Shown: piece by piece, positions 55,701-64,000 of the stretch
Position numbering within the stretch: position 1 is the stretch's first letter
Layout: each line of letters starts with the position of its first letter
Assembly (NCBI GenBank): GCA_012295275.1
Contig: CM022665.1
Coordinates: forward strand, 11,098,001-11,162,000
Reading direction: 5' to 3'
DNA from: Chrysomallon squamiferum
Lineage: Eukaryota > Animalia > Mollusca
Length of the DNA stretch: 64,000 nt
Position numbers and translations under genes: made by a program
Notes under the pieces: generated by a model
Databases searched by the model: none
What the model saw: the letters and a program-made list of their open reading frames with translations, nothing else
What the model was told of the DNA's origin: nothing

Positions 55701-56075
55701 TTAGGCAACTTTATTAATTCAGATTATTTAGTGGGTGGTTTTGTTAATGCAGTATTTCTGGTGTGTGGTTTCATTCTTACAACATCAGCTGTGGCTTTTA
55801 TTACATCTGTTGTGATATTAGAATATAATCCATTGTGATGACTTTCTTAAAACAATTCCATGGTGAGTGGTTTTTTGAATACAGTATCATTGCTGAGTGT
55901 AGCTATGTCTGTGTGAAATAGAGAAATAAGCCACCAAATAGCCAGTGATAAGTAAAATTTATTGTTCATCTAATTCATCTGTGTTATTTTACTGTTTCAG
56001 GAAAACAATTCTCAAATCAGCAAAATAGAATTTCTGGGTCATCTGCCTTATTTCCTTGCTCTGAAAACTGCGTAA
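30890..56075 (+). CDS. Uncharacterised protein (about 728 aa) with a C-terminal degenerate 4-EF-hand domain. Exons 30890-31327, 36582-36643, 39223-39262, 41392-41483, 42302-42419, 44693-44718, 44951-45091, 45639-45734, 46370-46434, 47481-47615, 48908-48994, 51245-51329, 52588-52680, 53066-53240, 54054-54139, 54358-54525, 54757-54826, 55251-55385, 56001-56075
   Basis: Every exon has AG/GT boundaries, and the phases chain into one 2187-nt frame with no internal stop. The C-terminus has EF-hand helix-loop-helix units 'ELRNTYERLDTDMDGHINFSQLK' and 'ELFQSVDRSNRGKISIDSLKEVL', ending 'NSQISKIEFLGHLPYF'. Exons from 39223 onward are well supported. The link through 36582-36643 and the symmetric exon 48908-48994 are less certain. 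Confidence 0.8.
34600..34960. repeat. Degenerate tandem repeat, about 115-130-bp units, 3-4 copies
   Basis: Recurring CTGGATTATATT...TGCCATTAGCAGTCTTATACAT. Confidence 0.7.
35450..36000. repeat. Degenerate intronic tandem repeat
   Basis: Recurring TATACTCCTTGAAATGCTTTGTCATTT-like units. Confidence 0.65.
42460..42860. repeat. Degenerate ~50-bp intronic minisatellite
   Basis: Recurring TTACATATTCC...CTGGTTGGACTGTAGTTTTTAAT units just after the donor at 42420. Confidence 0.8.
43292..43372 (+). CDS. Candidate internal alternative first exon (MLDEMPVFTQFVLRGTKLNTPRDTSLQ)
   Basis: ATG to CAG|GTAACT, 27 codons, phase 0 matching the next exon at 44693. It sits in a local CpG-retaining island. Confidence 0.45.
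44094..44210. repeat. 30-bp minisatellite, about 4 copies
   Basis: AGTACTGTATATTCTGTAATAAATATTATC-like units. Confidence 0.8.
46755..46880 (+). mobile_element. Decayed SINE core in an intron
   Basis: 'TTTCCTGTCTCTGGAAGGTGCATATAAAATATTCTTTACTGCTAA' closely matches 12000-12040. Confidence 0.6.
50600..50737 (-). mobile_element. Decayed tRNA-derived SINE head, reverse orientation
   Basis: The reverse complement reads GTGACAGTGTGGTTAAGTCA (A-box-like) and then GGAACTAGGATCATATCC (degenerate B-box), followed by SINE body-like sequence. Confidence 0.5.
52080..52580. repeat. Degenerate ~100-110-bp tandem repeat leading into the acceptor at 52587
   Basis: Repeated TAGAACTAGGTAATAAATATGTTAATG...TTACTTTT...TATTATTAG blocks. 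Confidence 0.75.
54054..56075 (+). CDS. EF-hand domain exons (54054-54139, 54358-54525, 54757-54826, 55251-55385, 56001-56075)
   Basis: Loops DTDMDGHINFSQ, DRSNRGKISIDS and SVENNSQISKIE with flanking amphipathic helices; stop TAA at 56073-56075. Confidence 0.88.
55374..55900 (+). repeat. 30-bp minisatellite that begins with the last 12 nt of an exon plus its donor site
   Basis: Unit ACAATGTCAGTGGTGAGTAGTTTTATTAAT. The first four units form a near-exact 60-bp dimer; later units decay. Confidence 0.9.
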
Positions 56076-57466
56076 TGATTTTTAACAAAATAAACAGTAA
56101 AACATCAAACTGTAATGTAACTTGTGAAATGGGAAATTCTATAACAGAATCTGGATTGAATCAAAAGATGAAAATCTGTGAAGAAATGACGATGAGCTTC
56201 TCAAGACTTGAACTGAAATTAAAATGTAAAAATCAAGGTCATACATAGGCTTTAAAGTTGAAAATTTCTTGGTTGATGAAGCTGAGGTTACAAAGAAAAA
56301 AAACATCAAGAGTTTGTTTTTTGTTTTTGTTATAAAGTTACACTTCTTAAATCTTATTCCAGGTCACAAGTAGAAGTGATATAATGTGGCAGTGCAACAA
56401 ATTGGGAGTTTTGGTTAACACTATAAACCATTGCATTACAAAATGATGACCATAGTTTTGCACTTGTCTGTTTAGATTCTAACATTCGTTATTGAATGTT
56501 GAAGCCTAAGACATTTAAACTGATGTTTCAGTTTAATGGTACAGAATATGAATTCTTTATATTGCACTCGTGTCTTTTATTTATGATAATGTTTTTCAGT
56601 GGATTTTGTTGATTTTTATGTGCTCATAGAAATAGCTTCTAACTGAAATTTGTAAGTGACAAAACCCACTAATTTGTTCTGTTCTGTTTAGTTTCTGCTT
56701 TTGTGGTTTTTATCAACTGTACATTTGATTTGTGTGCCTAAAAATACAGCATCTACTGTGCATGTTTAAACATGAAAGTTAATACAGATAAAATGAAGCT
56801 TAAAATATCTGAAAGTTAATATTAAGCAGAAAATATTTGAAAGTAATAGAAATAAGGAGAAAGAATAAATATCCAAATAATAGCCAAATATAACTGAATT
56901 AATTTAATTATGTAGATGTATTAAATTTAAATTTGCTCTTATTGCCTTTTTCCAGAAAACTGATTCTTATAAATGTATGCTCAAAAGGAAGTAATAGTAC
57001 CCCTAAATTTTATTTCTGAATATTTACTGCTTAAATAATTCATTAATTTGTTAAATTCAGTTTTCCATTTTATATGGAACAGTTTTTACAAAACAAAAAT
57101 GATTTTTAAAAATTTTAAATCAAAAATAACCTGCAGAACCACTAATTTTGATTTCTAAATGTTTTTCATAGTTCCTCTGTTTTATTTTTTAATAATTATA
57201 TTATTATCTTATAAACAAACGTTGCCATGATACTTGTAGAAAGTAATGAAGTCACATTTTTTCATGTTGCCATCACTTAATGTATAAATTATTGGAAGTG
57301 TATTAATCTGTTGTGCCAAAAAAAAAAAGAAACATCAAAAAAAAAAAAAAAAAAAGGTATCCACCCCCGTTTGTTTTATTAACATTAAACCTGTTTGAGT
57401 GATTCTGCATATGATGTCATTATTTAATATTGAAAGATAATTATGTATTATAAGTGTAGATATGAA

Positions 57467-57472
57467 AATAAA
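57467..57472 (+). terminator. Candidate polyadenylation signal of the EF-hand gene
   Basis: AATAAA about 1.4 kb after the stop, followed by GT/T-rich sequence at about 57495-57520. Confidence 0.4.
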
Positions 57473-57589
57473 GTTATTGAATATAAACAAGTATTATGTT
57501 TTATATATGTGCTTTTTTGTCATAAAATACAAATTTTAATTTAATTTTTTTATTATTATTAAAAATTGTCTTTATTCTTATTATTTAGA

Positions 57590-57622
<33 letters not shown>

Positions 57623-57720
57623 CCTGTATGTATACATATATACAGTTATAATAAAAACAAAGACAATGTTTTAAACATTGACCCCCCAAAAAACAATTAA
57701 AAAAAGTACAACAACAATAA

Positions 57721-57751
<31 letters not shown>

Positions 57752-60700
57752 ACAAATAAACAAAATTTTAAACATTAAAAATTAAAATGTAGTATTAACA
57801 CACAATTTATATAATTTATATTTCCAGATGATTGTTGTTTTTTAACTGGACACAGTCTTTAGTAATGATTAGTAAAATGAACTCAAGGAGATGGATGTAC
57901 AATATGTTATTTACATAATACAGTGGATTTTGAAATGTTAAAGACAAATTATCACATAAATATATGGATACATACTGAAACTGCTGCTGATGTATTTCTC
58001 AGTACAGGCACTCCTTATTTAATAACCCAGTTTTTGTTCCCACAACAAGGTTAAGTAAACTGGGCAAGAAGCTACCCATAACTGATACCTTAAGCATACT
58101 GGTAGTGGGTTTGTGTCAGTCACCTTTAGATAGTTCAAATGTCACCTTTGCTCCATTTGTAGCATTTTAGTATATTTCTAAATGTTTGTATTATTTTAAT
58201 AAATACTATAGAGGAATTCAGTTCTAATATACATTATTTGGGTTTGGATGCTGTAAATACAGGTAATCATTTTCATTTAATCTAAAGGATTTTCCAATGT
58301 AATAACTTTGTTTCAATTTACATAACTCTATTACAGAACAGAAAAATACAGTCAGAAAAAATTATTACATCTTGGGGTGCCCAATAAGGTACAAATTAAT
58401 AGATGAAATATGTAGTCTTGGAGATTGGTAATGCTAGTATAGTGAATACTGACCAACTGAAGGAATAAGACTGAGACTAAGAATGGGTAATGTGAGATGA
58501 GATGCCTGAAGTAGAGACACTGTGCTGCCATTTCCACCACCAAAGTTTTTGTACTGCATACAATACTGACTGGTCAGAGAGCTGGTTATAAGTCTGTGCA
58601 GTTGTTAAACAGGTGGGTTATTTAGTGAGGAGGATCTATTATACACTCATCACTAACAGATTACCTTCAGCTGGCAACAACAACAGTTATCTAAAGTAAT
58701 CTTACGGCAACTTCAGCTTTAATTATTTTGTATATGAACCGTGGTAAAATCCTTAACAATCACAATACAAAAAATAAATAAATAAAAATACAAAAGAAGG
58801 TAAAATAAATAAATTAATTAAAAACAGAACAAAAATTCCAGATTTCCCAATATATTTATTCCAATAAAACAACCAAGCGATTAATAACCAGTACATATCA
58901 CATCAGTCACTCCGGACTACATTAAAAATGTTTCAAATGATTAATTTTACAACAAAAATAATACTATCATATCACAAATTCAAGTAATTTTTTTTTTTTT
59001 TTTAATCCTCAACCTTTTTATATCTTTGGTTTGTTCCAGATAATCAGGCCTTCTGCTTTACAAATGTAATTCTATACTTGGGGCGGGTTCAAAGGGACTG
59101 GTGTCCTAGGCAATTCCTTAAGTGCTTTTTGGTATCATTTAAATCAGAAGCTCTATTACTGTAGTTTTCTTGAAGATGTTTTCATATAGAAGCTCTATTA
59201 CTGCATATTAAGATACTGCCCAGTCTACCTAATGCATATTGCCAGTGTTGATACACATTTCTAGATTTGTTATTTTAGTGTACTGAAAGGGAAGCTGTAT
59301 GTCAGTTTAGCTCATGATGCTTTTAAAAGGAATGATTAAAGTTCGTATTAATCCACTTATAGCTAGCCTGTTAATTGCTAGTGACATTTTTTTTTTGCTA
59401 ACCATAAATGACTTTAGAATGTAATAAAAGTAATAATAATAATAAATACAAAATACTTCCCCTCCAAAAACAAAATCCATTACTGTAAGTGACAGTTATT
59501 ATACCAAGTAAAAAGAACCCTTGAGACAGTAGTGTTATTAACAACTCTGAAATAAGAGTAATATTTAAATTCTATTTATTTCACTCCTTCCCTTCAAAAC
59601 CAGATTTTACTACAGCTTAGAATTTGTATTAACTACTTCTGCAATAAAGCAGTCAAGTTTATTAAATTGTTCTAAAGCAAATGTAAAATTAGGAAAACCA
59701 TCAAGTTGGGCAAAAACAATAATAAAAAGGCAACAATAATGTAATAAAAAATACACAAAATATGAGACTGAAAATACATCACAGTAAACTATAATAATAT
59801 ATTAAATAAATATTTGTAACAAAAAACATGTACATTCAGCGTGCCTCATCTCTGGATTTTGGCATCCAGACTTCAAAAATATATTTTAAAAATTAGGCTA
59901 GTGTACTGTAAATTGTATTCTCATGGTGGCACACACTGATACAGTATGTTATGATTTACTTGGGTTTTACAGTAAACTGTATTTTTATGGATGCATACAG
60001 TGTGCTTGAATACTGTAGTCAGTGTGATTTATGTAGATTTTGGCAGTTCTTAGTAGTAGATGGTGTTTCAGGTTATGAACATGTACTGGGTAGAATTATG
60101 TTATTTTATGTGTCCTGAGATCCTGTTTTTGCACATCTGAGGAGGGGTCCTGGAATCATGTACCTGTGGAAAGTTGTCCAATTGTAATAAAATAAACTGA
60201 AAGGAGGAAGACAAAAAGAAAATTGTGGGTGTCATATCAGTCACTGAATACAGAAAATAACTGCATGTTTATTAAATCATATTCATGGTATCAGATATTT
60301 GATACATTAAAGTAATGTATTAAATCTGATATTTCACTATATTAAACTTGAGAAGTATATAATTCATAACTGATAATTACAATTTATTTAAACATGTTAT
60401 GTGTCAAAGTGTCATTAAACAAATAGTTATTCCTTTCATTTATTTACTAGTTACTAGTAAATAAATGAAGTTAGATGTGAGAAATTCCATTTCCAATTTC
60501 ATTACAGACCAAATAATTCATTACAGCAAATAACAGAAATTATTCAAATATGACTAAATTAAATATGTATTATCCCTGGAAAACAACACTGGAATATGTT
60601 AAAAATAGTTGTGACTATACTGGCTTGTCGTATACAACTTAATGATGATAACAACTGTTAAAGATCATAACAACTTTAGTGTTTTTTTTTTTTTTTTTTT

Positions 60701-62457
60701 TTTTTTTCAGAATACAATTCATTCAGACTGAAACAAGGTGGTTTAATTTATCTTACATTTAGCACATTTTTAATATAAATGTATGTATAAGAATGATAGT
60801 GATTGAAAAAAAGAAAAGAATTATCTGAGATTAAAATATTTGTATAAAGTTATGAATGTAAAAGAAGATATCATAATGGATACCACTATGATGCATCACA
60901 ACAGATTAACCAATATATGGACGGAATCATGTTGTTTACACAAATTACAACAAATCACAAATCACACAAATACATTTGGAATGTTTCAACGGTAAATATA
61001 TACATCTTTGTTTACAATAGCTAAATATAATTTAATTTTTTTATATGTACAATTTTATTGATTACAATGATTGGCCTGTCATTTTGCAAAGCAAAACCAT
61101 CAACATTTATTTACAAGGTGTGTGAAGGCAGTCTTTAAAGGCCTTTTCAAGAAAATTAATAACTGTACTACCTTAACCTAAGTAATATAAAAGGGGTCCT
61201 CTATAAAGTAAGTATTCACATCTGGGATCTTTCAAAAGCTTTATCCAATTACTTATTTTCTACAATGTATAACTTTCCACCCCTTCATTTGGCTTTATTG
61301 ATCTTCATCTGAAAAATAAGTTTTCATCCAGTGTTTGTTTTATCATTACCCAAAACAACCATCCATGATCATATGCTAATCTTCCATATTGAAAAATGAA
61401 TCTGGGATGTTCATAACACTCTCATACTCAATGTACACTGTTTAAAATTTTCAAATCCTTTTTCCCATCTGTAAATATACTTTATAGATAGCCCCTAATG
61501 ATTTTCTTGCAATTACTATCAGTGTGTGACTTTCTAACATGAACAACACATCTCAGGAATAAACAGTGTAATAATGCTGTTTCTCATCTACAAAGACAGT
61601 TATGTCTGATAACATCTATATGAAGATAACAGTTTCACAATGAAATAACATTAGCCTGTTCCAGATAAATACAAAATAAAACAAGCAACATAGAGAATAG
61701 ACAGACATTTGTTTTATCACTGATAATACTGGTTGACATTTGTTTATGTTAGCATTTTTAGCTAATAAACAAACAATTCTTTCCAAACTTCCCTTCAAGA
61801 TTTGACAGGTTAAAAATTTAATACATTATTTGAAGTGAAATGGAAACAATAAAAAAGAAAATGTTCAGAGAAAATTAATACTTCAACATTTAAGGCATTT
61901 TATAATTTACAACAAAACAAATATCATATTAAAATATTTAAATGAAAAAAAAAAAAAAAAAGGAAAAGATTTAAACAATAAATTATCACCGACATCACTG
62001 TTTTATATTTAAACAAATAAAAGACTAAAATAAAACACAATAAAAATTATTAATTTTTATTGTTTACATAAACGATTACAATGCAGATGTGTGTATTAAC
62101 TCCTTTTTTTTATTTATCTTTCTGTTACCCAATACACCATTTCACCAATGTCTTGTCTTATAAAGCTATTTATTAATTATGCTACCTATAACAAACAGGT
62201 CAGAACAGAATCACAAATTTCATAATTTAATGTAACAACCTTTTTATAATTAACTTGCTTGAAAAAGAACAATGAAATTACATTTTCATCCGTAACATGT
62301 TTAAAGATAAATTAATGATGGATTAAAAACAATCTGATAGTTTTGGTAAGTTTATTTGTCTAAGACAGCTTGGTCTGAATAGACAAACGTTAAAATAAAT
62401 AAATCACTGGAGGATAATGGAATTCAAAATTAATTCAGGATATACATACACAGAATA

Positions 62458-62503
<46 letters not shown>

Positions 62504-62599
62504 ATAAACATAAACATACACATACACATACACATGCATACACACAAAGATGAACATGAGACCATTTGACCACAACAGGTAATATATATTTTAAAAAAA

Positions 62600-62751
62600 T
62601 CATCCTGGAGCCTCAAGGGCTTCAAATTTGGACTGATATTTTTCTATTCGTTTTAACAGTTGAGTGCCTACAGGGACAAAACTCATCTCCCAGACTTCCT
62701 GCAAGCAGTCCAAACTCTCTCCATCACTGTTACCCAGTGCTGACTCTTTGT
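62600..62751 (-). CDS. ARMC2: ARMC2 last coding exon
   Basis: Phase-1 acceptor TTTCAG; DKESALGNSDGESLDCLQEVWEMSFVPVGTQLLKRIEKYQSKFEALEAPG* parallels the ARMC2 end motif W..EF.PVA.QLL.RI...LEPL; stop TGA at 62602-62600. Confidence 0.9.
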
Positions 62752-63633
62752 CTGAAATGAAGGAAAACAATTTCATTTTAGATCATATTTACATTTATAT
62801 TTATAATAACAATAACAATAACAATAACAACAACAACAATAATAATAATAATAATAATTAAAATAATGATAATAATAATATGCATATTGAAATATTTTTA
62901 CTAGTGTTTCTTTGGACTGTATGAGAGAGTCCTTAGCCAAATGTGTTTTTTATTTCCATGTTAAAGTAAATCTTTGATGATAGGAACAAACAGCCTAAAT
63001 ATGTTTTGTGTACTAAGTGATTGTTTCATTTTCCTCAAGACACAAACGTTTGCTGATAATAAAGTACAACAATAAAATAACAAGCTCAGAAGGCTGAAAT
63101 TTTCCCTTAACATCATTTTATACACAAAAACAACCCGCACACAAAACAAACAAAAAACAACCCATGTCTAACAGACAGAGGATAAAACCACTTTGATTTA
63201 TCAGTCTATCAAAACATACTCAAACGCAATGCAGAGAACTAACTTGGGATAAAATAAAATTTAAATTTAAATTTAAATTAAAGTCATGAAAATTTATCTT
63301 ACTAGTTACAGATAATATTTTGTAAAGTTATAATATGATTAGTGATAATAAATGAATTAGTTTCTACTGAGATACCATTATCTTTTTAGAAAAAAACAAA
63401 AATTAAAAGAAAGAATAATAATAAAAAAATAAATAAAATAAAATAAAATAAAATAAGAAATTTCAACAATAATAAATTTGGTTAAATAGGACAGAAAAGA
63501 GCAATAAAATAATTGTAAGTAAACCTCTTTTTTTTCTTCTTTTTTTTAATGAAATACTTATTAGAATATCAATAAATAAATAAATAAATAAATTAAATTT
63601 TTAAAAATAAAGAAGAAAAGAAACAGGTTGTAC

Positions 63634-63794
63634 CTAGAAACTCAAGTAGTAGTTCAGAAAGTTCCTGTGCTTCTTCGACTCCAAAGCAAGCATTAGAACT
63701 TGTGATTTTTGTGCTGTAGTTACACAGTACTTTACACACTGTGCTGCTCAGATCCCAGTCTTCTTGTCCAAAGTCTCGCAACACCTCTATCAAC
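63634..63794 (-). CDS. ARMC2: Armadillo repeat-containing protein 2, penultimate coding exon (gene continues beyond the window)
   Basis: LIEVLRDFGQEDWDLSSTVCKVLCNYSTKITSSNACFGVEEAQELSELLLEFL matches the ARMC2 C-terminus as I recall it (LVDCLRDLGPTDWQLACLVCKTLWNFSENITNASSCFG). Acceptor TAG 63797-63795, donor GTACAA at 63633. Confidence 0.9.
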
Positions 63795-64000
63795 CTATAA
63801 AAAAAATAAAAATAATGTCATAGAGAGAATGTCCTTCTCCTTTACAGCCACTGTTTCTGTTTTATTATTACTTGAATAATTTTTATAGCAGTCATAATGT
63901 CTTGCTGCAAATCTTGTCAATCTAGAAAAAAGATCCAAATAAATGTCTTTTTTTTTTAAATCATCATTTCTTCATTTTATTGTTACTTGTTAAGAAGAAA

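Noticed and set aside
55374-55900. CRISPR-like regularly spaced repeats
   Set aside because: Head-to-tail minisatellite with no unique spacers, in a eukaryotic intron, with no cas genes.
63872-63921. Possible extra ARMC2 exon (AG..GT bounded, 50 nt)
   Set aside because: Its only open frame ends in phase 1, incompatible with the phase-2 acceptor at 63794, and it shows no ARMC2-like sequence.

Overview
Very AT-rich, microsatellite-dense eukaryotic DNA. It is probably invertebrate; the SINE remnants resemble gastropod mollusc elements, which is inference. Almost all ORFs in the supplied track are microsatellite artefacts. Three spliced genes can be rebuilt from GT-AG junctions with consistent phases. 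(1) A complete minus-strand tetraspanin of the 8-cysteine TspanC8 class: 6 coding exons, 24427->19395, 281 aa. (2) A plus-strand uncharacterised gene, 19 coding exons in my model (30890->56075, about 728 aa), with a C-terminal degenerate 4-EF-hand domain and several candidate alternative first exons. (3) The last two coding exons of ARMC2 on the minus strand, convergent with gene 2. Bases 1-18000 have no convincing CDS, only candidate regulatory islands and orphan splice signals. Main observations: a sharp CpG-rich to CpG-depleted switch at about 31.4 kb; intronic tandem repeats that copy genuine splice sites; a perfect RFX X-box inside a coding exon; and a TspanC8 that has lost the RDD motif. 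I found no convincing evidence of a wholly new biological system.
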